Notes under the pieces: generated by a model
The model's database searches: none
The model's input: only the letters and a program-made list of their open reading frames with translations
Told to the model about the DNA's origin: nothing
In this document: positions 41,201 through 50,786 of the stretch, in pieces
Layout: each line of letters opens with the position of its first letter
How positions within the stretch are numbered: the stretch's first letter is position 1
Translations under genes and position numbers: made by a program
Sequence record: SRR31156797_1995
Direction: 5' to 3' (one strand)
Length of the DNA: 64,000 nucleotides

Positions 41201-41297
41201 ACTGATCTTGAACGTAATTTTGAGCACTTGCATTTAAAACAAGAACAACAGCTAAAATAAAAAATAGAATCCTTTTCGGAGTATATATATCAATCAT
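38187..41297 (-). CDS. GH3 beta-N-acetylglucosaminidase fused to a serine hydrolase (beta-lactamase fold)
   Basis: KHFPGHGDTDTDSH and FTDALNM (GH3/NagZ); ASLTK, YSDLGF and GHTGFTG (SxxK family); signal peptide. Confidence 0.92.
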   Translation of the reverse strand: MIDIYTPKRILFFILAVVLVLNASAQNYVQDQYQFVDQLSKSNVWADSVFSAMSEDERISQLFMIAAYSNNNKKDSERVASLVNKHQIGGIIFFSGAPGKQAELCNWYQSLSKTPMWIGMDAENGLGMRLKQTISYPRQLMLGAVQDNDLIYQLGEQIGAECMRLGVHVNFSPVMDVNNNPANPVISSRSFGEDRYNVTNKSYAFAMGMQHAGIIPVGKHFPGHGDTDTDSHYDLPIVNHPRLRLDSIELYPFKKIIEQGIGGIMVSHLNVPALDREQHVATLSKPIVTGVLKEEFGFNGLVFTDALNMKGIRKFYAKGVVDAKALIAGNDVLLFTEDVAIALDEIKLAIGRGELSWEEINKKCKKILKAKYWLGLNQYKPVDMNMLWSGLNTQQGFILRRKLTEEAITLVKNENKLLPLKRLDTLKIAAVAMGASIRNRFQEYLGRYTDMDFYQIDKSASKEEYQKLKKKLDKYNLIIVSKHDSDMRATRKFGVTEQTVEFLSDISKEKKVIFDLFANPYALDFYKDLDNLEGIVISYQDSREAQMASAQIIFGGLAAKGKLPVSINEKFPVGTGYPSTRNRLGYALPEQVGLSTLKLNVIDSIVKDAIKKKATPGAQVLVSSKGKIVFNKSYGHHTYAKKIEVRNPDIYDFASLTKITATLPSLMQLSDEGWIDIDKNLGEYFTKAKNTNKDTLILRKILAHEARLLSWKPFHWETVDSSSFDGQLFHRRYSRRYSMKVANGLYIDRNYKFKKGIFSNVKSEEFPVEIAKKYFIHKSYKDTIIQHILDSDFREENGYKYSDLGFIMMGEMIKETSNESLDQFTSRHFYRMLGAGSLGYHPKKRFSLERIVPTQNDKFFRKQWIKGYVHDPTSAMLGGVAGHAGLFGNAGDLAKLIQMYLQKGSYGGETYISEETMKEFTSRAFPDGENRRGIGFDKPFLDPEEEGGPTCKEASPSSYGHTGFTGTMVWVDPKYDLVYIFLSNRICPDESNSKLMKMDVRTKIQECIYKSILSQPETPIKFTDLSISPFSERIFN

Positions 41298-41444
41298 GAA
41301 AAATTCTCTTAAACCTAATAATACCGCGGTATAACAAAATTATAAATACCCTTTTAATAAAGAGAATGATTCATCATTAAAATTCTTGGATTGATAAATT
41401 ATTATAGGAAAAAAATTGATTTTGCTGGCAAAAATAGAATGCAA

Positions 41445-41573
41445 AGAAAAAGGGGCACTGCCCCTTCTCAATTACTTACAACTAAAACCATATTTAAAAC
41501 TTGACATTGGATCGAATCAAGCTGAATATGCGAACTAAACATCATTTTTAATCGGTCTTATCATCCGACTTCA
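41445..41573 (-). ncRNA. Candidate structured small RNA (about 125 nt)
   Basis: Minus-strand -7-like TACATTTA (41578-41585), two stem-loops, and terminator AAGGGGC-AGT-GCCCCTT+TTTCTTT; no ORF. Confidence 0.5.
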
Positions 41574-41782
41574 ATAGTAAATGTATTCCAAGAATAATAG
41601 ATAAACAAGTGTCAAGTTTGCCAAGTTTATTTAATTGAACGTAATATTACAATTAACTTTTAAAACAATTCTAATAACACCTCCCGAATCACTACTTATT
41701 CGGGAGTTTCACCACGTTTCAATTTTGATTTTAGTGAATAATTTCTTACTTTGAATCATCACCCAATATTAAATATCTGCTT

Positions 41783-42316
41783 ATGAAAAAGTCAATTCTA
41801 CTTATCCACCTACTGGTTTTCAGCATGATTCTTTCAAGCCAAATTAAAGAGAGTATTCAAATCGACATAGATCCTCAAGCCAATATTAGTGCTTCTATCT
41901 CTCTTCCTCAAGATCTGGTTCAATTCAACAGAATCGATGATTGGTTAGCTTCCAACAATGAGATAAACCTTGATTTTATTAATCATACAAGTAACAAGAT
42001 TTTAATAAAAGGACAAACCGTTATCAACCTTAGTAAAGCAGAATCAGTATTTAAAACCAAAATGTTTTACTCTTTACATATCCAGAATGAAAAAGATAAA
42101 ATCCTAATCGAAATAAAAGATATTTATTACGAATCCTACCCAGAATATGGCAAACAGGGCACGCCTTCAATTATCACCTATCCTTCGGATTGGTATTCAA
42201 AAAAGAAGTTGTACAAAAAATCAGGTAAAGAGCGTTGGTTAAATGCAATTGTGAAACAAAATACAATCGATAAAAGCAGTGAAATTCTCAACGAAGCTCT
42301 TGCATTTATTTACTAA
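41783..42316 (+). CDS. Exported hypothetical protein (DUF4468-like)
   Basis: Signal peptide; pattern ..DW.. / KILIKG / YSLHIQNEKDK resembles DUF4468, weakly. Confidence 0.55.
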   Translation: MKKSILLIHLLVFSMILSSQIKESIQIDIDPQANISASISLPQDLVQFNRIDDWLASNNEINLDFINHTSNKILIKGQTVINLSKAESVFKTKMFYSLHIQNEKDKILIEIKDIYYESYPEYGKQGTPSIITYPSDWYSKKKLYKKSGKERWLNAIVKQNTIDKSSEILNEALAFIY

Positions 42317-43464
42317 TTATTGCACTTACAATTGGATTCTTTAGTCCTTAATAAATTAACTGCCGTGATAATCTCGTTTATTGCGGCATCTATTTCGTCG
42401 GTTGTCGTATATTTTCCAACTGACAATCTCAAGGTTCCCATTGCATATTCAACAGGTATTTTCATTGCTGCTAAAGTAGCTGAAACTTTTACCGAATCGG
42501 TATGACATGCTGCTCCTGCTGATGCGGCAACATTTTTCATTTCTGCCAATATATCTCCAGCACTCAAATTTTTAAATGAGACACTTAATGTATTTGGCAA
42601 GCAAAACTCCTTATTTCCATTAAATCGAAGATCACCTAAATGTTCAATTCCTGATTTTAATTGCTGAATTAAACTTCTCTCCCTTTGGATTCTTTTATCT
42701 GGCTCTAACATAGCCAACACTGCAGCTCTCCCTAATCCTGCAATTTCCAGAATATTTTCAGTTCCTGCCCTTCTATTTGATTCATGATCCGCACCATGAA
42801 TTAGTTTTTGCAATTGAATTCCATCCCGAATATACAGAACGCCAATTCCCTTAGGTCCATAAAACTTATGCCCTGCAACTGTTAATAAATCAACTCCCAA
42901 GGCTTTAACATCAACGGGTACTTTCCCTACTGCTTGTGCACAGTCCGAGTGCAATACAATTCCTTTTTCTTTAACTATTGCCGATATTTCAGCTATTGGT
43001 TGCAGAGTTCCAACTTCGTTATTGGCATACATTACCGATATCAAAATGGTTTCTGGTCGAATTGCATTCTTCACATCTTCAACTCTCACTCTCCCAGTTT
43101 CATCAACAGGCAAGTAAGTTATTTCAAACCCCTGAGATTCTATAAACTTACAAACTTCAATAATAGCTGGGTGCTCAATTTGGGTAGTGATGATGTGATT
43201 TCCCTTATCGCGATTAGCAAATGCATATCCTTTTAAGGCATAATTATTAGATTCGCTACCGCCGCTTGTAAATACAATTTCGCTAGAATCACAATTCAAC
43301 ATTTTGGCAAGTTTACTTCGAGAGGTCTCAACGGCACTTTTTGTTTGCTGTCCAAACCAATGTGAACTTGACGGATTCCCAAAAAACTCGCTTAAGTAAG
43401 GTTTCATTGCCTCTGCAACCTCTGGAGCTACAGGTGTTGTTGCATTATAATCTAAGTATATCAT
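42313..43464 (-). CDS. Cysteine desulfurase family (class V PLP) enzyme
   Basis: IYLDYNATTP, FTSGGSESNN, HSDCAQAVGK, AGHKFYGPKG, SAGAACH. Confidence 0.92.
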   Translation of the reverse strand: MIYLDYNATTPVAPEVAEAMKPYLSEFFGNPSSSHWFGQQTKSAVETSRSKLAKMLNCDSSEIVFTSGGSESNNYALKGYAFANRDKGNHIITTQIEHPAIIEVCKFIESQGFEITYLPVDETGRVRVEDVKNAIRPETILISVMYANNEVGTLQPIAEISAIVKEKGIVLHSDCAQAVGKVPVDVKALGVDLLTVAGHKFYGPKGIGVLYIRDGIQLQKLIHGADHESNRRAGTENILEIAGLGRAAVLAMLEPDKRIQRERSLIQQLKSGIEHLGDLRFNGNKEFCLPNTLSVSFKNLSAGDILAEMKNVAASAGAACHTDSVKVSATLAAMKIPVEYAMGTLRLSVGKYTTTDEIDAAINEIITAVNLLRTKESNCKCNN

Positions 43465-43540
43465 TATCTTTTAAATATAAGTCCAGTATTCTTGTTACAT
43501 TGCATAAAATTCTCTCTTGGGCTAATGACCAGCTAAGTAA

Positions 43541-44674
43541 TTACACAATAATACTTTTTATTTTTTCAACAGAAAAACCTGTCTGTTTAAATTCATTTTT
43601 TATTAGTTCAGAATTTTTTCCTCCAAATAATTCTAGATCCTTTTGAATTAATCCATGAAGCAAATCAAACCAGTCTATTTTCTTTGAAAGTATCTCGTCT
43701 TTATCTGCTTTATAAAAGAATTCTCTTTCTTCTTGATATTTGTTTAAATTCAAAATTGTTTGAGCAACCAATTTATCTGTATTCTCTTGCCCCAATTTTT
43801 CCCGAATACGCCACAAAGTACTTGTAACAATTAATGCAGTTCGATGATTGTCATATATTCCACTTAACTTAACTCCATAAGTTTCTAATGACAAATTTAT
43901 ATATTTACTAATACATTTTGTTGAATCTTTTAAATCTTCGGCATATGATTTTTTCAGCAATTGGAAAGAATAAGCAACATTCAAAGAATCGTTAAATGGG
44001 TAATAATAAGGCAATGTTACATCTCTTACTAATTTTGAGGGTAGTACACATTCACCAACAATTGGAGAATTATTTAACGAAACCGTAAAATATTCCAATA
44101 ATCCCATGTGAATATAAGTTAATCCATCAAAATTAATTCCATAAAAATCATCCAAAAACCAAAACGCACGATGCCCTACCTCATGATACAAAACGGAGGG
44201 AGATATTAAACTCCCTTTTTCATAAATAAATCGTTTAGGATTAGTCAAGATTACCATGCCTCCAAATTGAGTAGTTATATTCCTATACTCCTCCTCTTTA
44301 TCAAAATCTATTTTTCCATCAAACAGGGAATTATAATAGTTTATACTCTTTGTTATAAAATGAGCTGTTGCTAAGGCATAATATTCAGGGGAGTGTTGCT
44401 TTATTCTTTCTGTAAAATTTAACTCAATTGAAGTAGAATAATCAGTCATTTTATCAGGATTTCTATGCTGAAATGAGATCGAATCAACAATAGAAAAAGA
44501 TAATGAATCAATATATTTTGTTCTTATTCTATTTTCCTTACTTACATATGTGTCAACTTCAATTTTTTCTTTATACGTTTTGCCTTCTTTTATACAGTTT
44601 AATTCAAGTTCATTTTGATGAGAACATCCTAAGTTTAAAATAAACAAAAAGACACAGATTCTTAATTCATTCAT
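43541..44674 (-). CDS. Hypothetical lipoprotein, putative zincin metallopeptidase
   Basis: Lipobox LNLGC; LYHEVGH (HExxH); likely start ATG 44674. Confidence 0.6.
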   Translation of the reverse strand: MNELRICVFLFILNLGCSHQNELELNCIKEGKTYKEKIEVDTYVSKENRIRTKYIDSLSFSIVDSISFQHRNPDKMTDYSTSIELNFTERIKQHSPEYYALATAHFITKSINYYNSLFDGKIDFDKEEEYRNITTQFGGMVILTNPKRFIYEKGSLISPSVLYHEVGHRAFWFLDDFYGINFDGLTYIHMGLLEYFTVSLNNSPIVGECVLPSKLVRDVTLPYYYPFNDSLNVAYSFQLLKKSYAEDLKDSTKCISKYINLSLETYGVKLSGIYDNHRTALIVTSTLWRIREKLGQENTDKLVAQTILNLNKYQEEREFFYKADKDEILSKKIDWFDLLHGLIQKDLELFGGKNSELIKNEFKQTGFSVEKIKSIIV

Positions 44675-44792
44675 AGCTATCAATATTTTAATTATAATAT
44701 TTTGACGCTAATAACATAATTAAGGTTACATCTAAAATATTTTATTTGATGCAGGCATTATAATCAAGATAAATCATTCATATAGTATTAAG

Positions 44793-46730
44793 CTATTTTA
44801 CAATTTTAAATTCTGTTCTTCTATTTCTGGATCTACCAGATTCATTTGAATTTGAATCAATTGGTTTTAACGAAGCATATCCTTTGTAAGTCAGTCTATC
44901 TTCAGAAATTCCTTTCATAATTAGATAATCACAAACCGATTTTGCGCGATTCTTTGATAAAGTTAAATTGTGTTCTTCACCTCCGGTATTGTCTGTGTGT
45001 CCACCAATTTCTATTCTCAAATTACTTTGATTTTTTAACAACTCAACCAAGCGATTCAGTTCCAATTCCGATTTGGGTAGAATTTCCCACGAATCCAAAT
45101 TGAAAAACACATTTCGAAGTACAACTTCTTTTCCAATATTTAGTTTGTGCAGTGGGATATCTAACTGCTGTGGACTTGATTTCTTTTTTTCATCCAAAAG
45201 AGAAAAATGATCTGAATAGAACAAGTATCCTTCACTTTCGATTGCAAACAAATATTCTCGACCAGCAGGCAAACAAACCAAATAATTTCCATTTATTCTA
45301 TCAGAATTGATTTTAGCGACAGTATCCTTTGTCATTAAATCTATCAAATGAATGGAAGCAAATAATTTCTTTTGAGTTTTAGCATCGAACACTTCACCTT
45401 TTAGCCACGAAACTGCAGGAGGTTGATGTTCTACTGGTAAATCGAATATAAAAATATCTTTTCCCTTACCTTCCAATCTATCCGAAGAAAAATAAGCTTT
45501 ATCACTTTTTGCATTGATCACCAAGCCTAGCTCATCACCAAATGTATTAATAGGATAACCCAAATTCACAGGCTTAGTCCAGATCTTTCCCTCATCAGAA
45601 GTACTTTTATACAAATCAAACCCACCCATTCCTTTCATTCCATCCGATGCAAAGATCAAATATTCATTACTAGCATGAATAAATGGCGACATTTCATTAT
45701 CTCTGGTATTCACAGGTAAATTAATGGGTTGAGACCATCTTTGTCGACCGTCTGACAATATTTCCAAAAGTGTAGATTGATAGATATCCATTTTACCTTT
45801 ACCCGCTTTTCGATTACTTACAAAATACAAAATGCGTCCATCTGCAGAAATACTTGGTTGAGCATCCCAGGCAGCAGAATTAACTGGCTTCCCCAAATTT
45901 ATAGGTTTCGTCCATTCCTCACCTTCCTTAATGGAATAATAGATATCACAGCGCCCCAATCCCTGTTTTCGATCACAAGCTGTAAAATACATGTATCTAC
46001 CATCGGCAGTAATACTTTGTGCACCTTCGTTATTACTTGTATTTATTATTGTTGATAAAGTCTGTGCTGGTCGCCAGGTAGTATCGTTTCGAAACGAAAC
46101 CCAAAAATCTTCCTGTCTTTTAACTCTAATTTCTTTACCTAAGTTTTCAATTGGACTCAAACGGGTAAAAACAAGAATTTCTTCATCCGCAGTTAAACTT
46201 GGCCAGTACTCATCAAATTCAGAATTAATACTTTCTCCAAGATTTATTGGGTGAAATTCTACTGGATTTTTCATCATTTCAATCGCAAAATCACAATTGC
46301 CCAATCTTTTTACAGCCAATTTCTTGTTCCTCGACGAGATTTTTGGGAAGGACAAGAAGTCCTTGTATTTCTTCTTTGCCAGAATATATTTACCAATCTT
46401 CAAATAGGAATTTCCCAGATTAAAATGGACATTGGGAAAGTAAACCGCATCAATTTCAATTGCTCTTTTGTAAGCTTCTATTTCTAAATTACTTTTCCCT
46501 AAGCTGTGCAACACATCAGCCTTAAAAAGCCATGCTTCAATAAATTTTGGATTCTGTTTTATGGCTTTATCCAGTAATTCTAACGTTTTCTCATTATCTC
46601 TGTTTCGATAAAATTGACCAGCTAATTCGTAAAGCGAAATTGCCTTCCGGGATTTAATGCTGTATTTTCTTTGGGAAGAAAGTGGAAGCACAAAAACAAA
46701 CAGCAATATAAATAGAATAGAATATTTCAT
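44793..46730 (-). CDS. OmpA family protein with TPR, PD40 and OmpA_C domains (PorE-like architecture)
   Basis: N-terminal TPRs, NLGKPVNS..WDAQPSIS PD40 repeats, IEIGGHTD, LSKNRA, NRRTEF. Confidence 0.9.
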   Translation of the reverse strand: MKYSILFILLFVFVLPLSSQRKYSIKSRKAISLYELAGQFYRNRDNEKTLELLDKAIKQNPKFIEAWLFKADVLHSLGKSNLEIEAYKRAIEIDAVYFPNVHFNLGNSYLKIGKYILAKKKYKDFLSFPKISSRNKKLAVKRLGNCDFAIEMMKNPVEFHPINLGESINSEFDEYWPSLTADEEILVFTRLSPIENLGKEIRVKRQEDFWVSFRNDTTWRPAQTLSTIINTSNNEGAQSITADGRYMYFTACDRKQGLGRCDIYYSIKEGEEWTKPINLGKPVNSAAWDAQPSISADGRILYFVSNRKAGKGKMDIYQSTLLEILSDGRQRWSQPINLPVNTRDNEMSPFIHASNEYLIFASDGMKGMGGFDLYKSTSDEGKIWTKPVNLGYPINTFGDELGLVINAKSDKAYFSSDRLEGKGKDIFIFDLPVEHQPPAVSWLKGEVFDAKTQKKLFASIHLIDLMTKDTVAKINSDRINGNYLVCLPAGREYLFAIESEGYLFYSDHFSLLDEKKKSSPQQLDIPLHKLNIGKEVVLRNVFFNLDSWEILPKSELELNRLVELLKNQSNLRIEIGGHTDNTGGEEHNLTLSKNRAKSVCDYLIMKGISEDRLTYKGYASLKPIDSNSNESGRSRNRRTEFKIVK

Positions 46731-46744
46731 TATTAAAGATCAAC

Positions 46745-47056
46745 TTAAATAAATAACTTCCAAAATCCTGCAAAAACAGCAATAATCGAAAAAATAGCAA
46801 GTATTACACCGGAAATAATTAATGCTCTTTTTTCTGATCTCCGATTTGATATTACAAGTAATAACAATGACACAATACCAAAAATTGCATAATAATATTG
46901 GTATTCCAATAACTCGGTAAGTCCAAATAGAGATCTTGTTTTACCACTAGTTGTAGACATATATCTTACCCAGAGCTCGTAATTTACCTTAATTGTAAGA
47001 CAAATACTTATAGTACTTAGTACAATTGAGAAAATTGCGAATTTACTTTTCATCAT
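46745..47056 (-). CDS. Small hypothetical membrane protein
   Basis: 103 aa, 3 TM, within a co-directional gene run. Confidence 0.65.
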   Translation of the reverse strand: MMKSKFAIFSIVLSTISICLTIKVNYELWVRYMSTTSGKTRSLFGLTELLEYQYYYAIFGIVSLLLLVISNRRSEKRALIISGVILAIFSIIAVFAGFWKLFI

Positions 47057-47083
47057 TTATTGAATAATGTCTTAAATCAAATT

Positions 47084-49948
47084 TTATCGATGACAAATTT
47101 CAGCATACAAACAAGTTCTGCAAACATCCTGATTTTCTACTTGTAAAAACGGAACTTCCGGATTAAAAAGTTCCTCAATCAGCTCTTTTAACGAGTCTGT
47201 AAATTCTTGCTTAAAGGCTCTGTAATCAGCAACAGGTACAGGTTTGCCCCTACCCTCTTTTTGCGATAGTATGCAATTGAACTTTCCCCCAAAAAACTCT
47301 TTCAAACTGTACACACCTGGTGAAATCGCTTCTGCAGCTCTGGTTTTATCTTCATAAAACAAGCAATACAAAAAAGTTTGGAATGCAGCTTTATTTCTAT
47401 TCTTCCCTTCTTTTTCGAACAAAGAATCAATATCTCTGAAAAATAAATCGGCTTTACCCGTCTTATAATCCAAAATTCTGACGGTATCATTTACCTGATC
47501 AACCCGGTCAATTAATCCGCTAATATTTACATTTCTATTCTTTGAAATTGGAATTTTTATTTCATAAGTATCCTCCAAAGACAGAATTTGAAAAGGAGCA
47601 AACTGCTGATCCAAAACCAAAATTCTATCAATGTATTTTATTAAAATATCGAATATCAGCAAGTTTCTACCTGATATTTCCAATGTTTGCTCCTCAGAAA
47701 TGTGAAAGTAATTTTTGCGGAAAGATTCTCTCAAAGTCTCTTCAATCCGATCTTTATTCTTTCGTAATAGTTCTAAATCTTCCTTTTCTAAATTCTCACC
47801 GATATAAGGTTTGTACAGCTCTTCAAGAGTATCATGAAATAAGTTCCCAAATGTTGGCGGATCGATCTCTTCCAAAACAGCATCAGGTTCTTTTAATCCA
47901 GCCAAATATTTAAAATAAAAGCTTAACGGGCAAGCCAAATAGGTATTCAGTGCCGAGGGAGAAAAACTTCTGAAACTATCACCACAATACTCATTCAGAC
48001 GATTTAATATTCTCTCGTTCTTCGCGACAGAAATTGGTTTCCCTTCTTTTAAAGAGATATCGTACCCAGGACTACTTTCTGTAATCTTAAAATCTGATTC
48101 GTATTTTAACTGATACAAGAATCGACTCATTTCACCAGTTCTTATGCCATCACTTTGTGTGGAATACAATAATTTAATATCATCGGCACGTTGAATTAAC
48201 CTGTAAAAATAGTAAGCAAAAATCGCATCCTGATGATCGATAGTTGGCATTCCAAATCCTTTACGCAGGTGATATGGAACAAAGGAGTTAGCCGCACCTG
48301 TTTTTGGCAGTTTTCCTTCATTCATCGATAGTACCACGATCTTTTTAAAATCGAGCAAACGGGTCTCCAAAATCCCCATTACCTGCAAACCTGCCAATGG
48401 TTCTCCTTCAAAAGGAATGCTCAAAGATTGAATCATTTTCTCCAAAATTTTGAAGAAAGTATCCTGTTTCACATCAATTTTATGCTGATCGAGCAATCCT
48501 TTCAATCTCTTTATGGCAAGAAACAAATGATAAATATACTCCTGTTCTATCTTATCAACCAGTGATTTTTCCTCATCTCCCGACTCCAATCGCTGATATA
48601 CATTCTGCAATAAATTCAACAAGTACAAAGCAAATTTCTCAACATCACTAACAGGAGTGAAAAGTCCTTCCAACACCTCATCTCCTTTAAGACTACTTTG
48701 TGAAACCTTAATTTTATTTGTTTTTAAAATATCCTGAGTAAGCTTGTGAGCCAATTCCGGATTTACCGAATTCAAGTATTGATGATTCAGCAATGCCAAA
48801 ACCTGCTTGTGGTGGAACTCATATTCTCGCCCCGCTTTTTTAGCACTTTTCTGCAGTTCAATAACCAAACGTAACAAACTTGCTACCGGTGTATTCTTGG
48901 CAGGATATCCCATAGTTACATTCACATTCTCTATGCTTTCGGGTATGGAATGCAATACAGGCAATAACAATTCTTCATCTGCCAAAACAATTGCAGTTTC
49001 CTCTAAAGCGACATCAGAGTCTTTGCAAAATTTTTCAACTACTGAATGAGCATATTTTGCTTGTCCTACTTCCGAAGAAAGAGATACAAATTCAACTTTA
49101 GCTTTGTTTTCTTTAATGCTATTAAAGGTCACATTGGTTTTTGGTGATGGAAATCTCTTCAGATTATCTCTCAAAAATAATCCTGCCTCATGATATGGAT
49201 TCTTTAAATAAGATTCATCATAATCCCAATAAAAATCAACAACATCCATCTTTTTTAATTGAGCAAACAAATCTATTTCACATCTGTTAAGTGCATTAAA
49301 CCCGACAAATATGATACGTTTTGCCTCAATTTGAATTTCTCCTGATTCTAATCGATCTACTAAACTTCTCGAAGCCATTCCTTCAAAAGCCAATCCCTCC
49401 GATTCCAATTCCCTTCTAAAATCAGAATAGATATGATATAGATTTTCCCAAAGATTAACGAATTCTTTCTGATGCTCAGAATATTTTTCAGGTCGAAATG
49501 TGCTCCAGAATGATTGAATTGCCTGAATTTGTTCCTCATCCAAATAATCAAAAAGATTATCAATTTCCTTTTCTTCAGCCAAATTTTGAAACAAATGCTG
49601 AGCATTTACCCTGTATTTATCCAAATCATCGAAATCACCCAGAAGCATTTCGCCCCAATGATAAAATTCATCGAAGCTCTCACTTACTTTCATTCTCTTT
49701 ATATAGATTTTGTACAATCTGAAAAGTAATCCAAGATTATCCTCAATCTGATATTTTGATAGTGATCGAAAAAACTCGCTAATGGTATGAATTTTTGGAG
49801 CCCAAAGAGGCTGCTCAACAAGTTCATTTAAATATTTCGAAAAGAACAATCCCGCTCGACGGTTTGGAAACACCAATACACAATTGGACAATTCTGCACC
49901 ATAATTAGTATAGAGTTCTTTGGTAATTTGTTTTAAAAATGAATTCAT
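47084..49948 (-). CDS. PD-(D/E)XK nuclease family protein (AddB-like)
   Basis: VFPNRRAG, LQVMGILETR, SPSALNTYLACP, GLIDRVD, ILDYKTG, C-terminal CRTCLYAEIC (Fe-S staple cysteines). Confidence 0.88.
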   Translation of the reverse strand: MNSFLKQITKELYTNYGAELSNCVLVFPNRRAGLFFSKYLNELVEQPLWAPKIHTISEFFRSLSKYQIEDNLGLLFRLYKIYIKRMKVSESFDEFYHWGEMLLGDFDDLDKYRVNAQHLFQNLAEEKEIDNLFDYLDEEQIQAIQSFWSTFRPEKYSEHQKEFVNLWENLYHIYSDFRRELESEGLAFEGMASRSLVDRLESGEIQIEAKRIIFVGFNALNRCEIDLFAQLKKMDVVDFYWDYDESYLKNPYHEAGLFLRDNLKRFPSPKTNVTFNSIKENKAKVEFVSLSSEVGQAKYAHSVVEKFCKDSDVALEETAIVLADEELLLPVLHSIPESIENVNVTMGYPAKNTPVASLLRLVIELQKSAKKAGREYEFHHKQVLALLNHQYLNSVNPELAHKLTQDILKTNKIKVSQSSLKGDEVLEGLFTPVSDVEKFALYLLNLLQNVYQRLESGDEEKSLVDKIEQEYIYHLFLAIKRLKGLLDQHKIDVKQDTFFKILEKMIQSLSIPFEGEPLAGLQVMGILETRLLDFKKIVVLSMNEGKLPKTGAANSFVPYHLRKGFGMPTIDHQDAIFAYYFYRLIQRADDIKLLYSTQSDGIRTGEMSRFLYQLKYESDFKITESSPGYDISLKEGKPISVAKNERILNRLNEYCGDSFRSFSPSALNTYLACPLSFYFKYLAGLKEPDAVLEEIDPPTFGNLFHDTLEELYKPYIGENLEKEDLELLRKNKDRIEETLRESFRKNYFHISEEQTLEISGRNLLIFDILIKYIDRILVLDQQFAPFQILSLEDTYEIKIPISKNRNVNISGLIDRVDQVNDTVRILDYKTGKADLFFRDIDSLFEKEGKNRNKAAFQTFLYCLFYEDKTRAAEAISPGVYSLKEFFGGKFNCILSQKEGRGKPVPVADYRAFKQEFTDSLKELIEELFNPEVPFLQVENQDVCRTCLYAEICHR

Positions 49949-49979
49949 TATTTATAATTAAAGAGTCGTTTAAAGAACT

Positions 49980-50642
49980 CTATTTGTAAGGGTAAATAAT
50001 TTCGATATTGGAAGATTGAAACATTCCGTTCGGATTTAAACCTGGCTTGCCTTCAGGAATATCAACTCCTAATTTTTGATAATAATCGATCCAAAATGGA
50101 AGAAAATCATCAGATTCAGGAGCTTTGAAGGTCATTGGATTTAATTTAAAAACCTCGCTGGAATCAGATGTATTTACAAACATTTCATAGATCAATTCGG
50201 AACAATAGTAATTCGAATCTCCAATTATATACACATTATCGTAGGGTGCCCCAATCAGGCTTTTACCATAATCTAAGGCTGGTTGTATTTTACTGGAATA
50301 CTCCGATTTCAATCGCCCAACTGCCACTTTTGGATTACCATTCGCATCGGTATTTCTATTCAAAAAAGAATCAATCGGTGTATAGCTAACACCTTTTGAT
50401 ATTGCTTCAAGAACAAATATCTCTCCCCCTTCATCCAAATCGACTATTCCAATGTGTGAGAAATTCAATTCCTCTTTTCCTCCTGTTACCGACTCTATTG
50501 CATCACTAATGGAATCAGAATCTAAATCCTGAAAAATCAAATCACCTTTCTGTAAATCAAAATGCGTTTTTTTTTGTAAATTATTGCAGCTTATTAATGT
50601 AGCTAAAGTAAGAATAGCAAGGGCTAATCGGAACAAAGACAT
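49980..50642 (-). CDS. YiiX/YebB-like permuted NlpC/P60 lipoprotein
   Basis: Lipobox LISC, GDLIFQ, FSHIGI, YYCSELI; likely start ATG 50642. Confidence 0.88.
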   Translation of the reverse strand: MSLFRLALAILTLATLISCNNLQKKTHFDLQKGDLIFQDLDSDSISDAIESVTGGKEELNFSHIGIVDLDEGGEIFVLEAISKGVSYTPIDSFLNRNTDANGNPKVAVGRLKSEYSSKIQPALDYGKSLIGAPYDNVYIIGDSNYYCSELIYEMFVNTSDSSEVFKLNPMTFKAPESDDFLPFWIDYYQKLGVDIPEGKPGLNPNGMFQSSNIEIIYPYK

Positions 50643-50747
50643 AATTAAAGTATTTGATGTTTCTGAATGCAAAACTAAAGTACTTGGAACTCTCTACAAA
50701 TAAAAAATTATAGAAGTATTTTTTTATTCACTGTTAAACAAAATCAG

Positions 50748-50786
50748 CTCATAGAAAAAGTCTATGAGTTCATTAGAAAAAAAAAT
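50748..50786. promoter_or_regulatory. LysR/OxyR-like operator between the divergent YiiX-like gene and sucA
   Basis: CTCATAGA-AAAAG-TCTATGAG inverted repeat containing ATAG-N7-CTAT, then N7-TTAG. Confidence 0.45.

Noticed and set aside
38187..41297. Beta-lactam resistance gene or novel fusion
   Set aside because: The GH3 + SxxK hydrolase fusion is common in Bacteroidota and is more plausibly for peptidoglycan or GlcNAc recycling.
47084..49948. Possible defence nuclease or Cas4-like gene
   Set aside because: Length and motifs match the common Bacteroidota AddB-like repair protein; there is no defence-island context.
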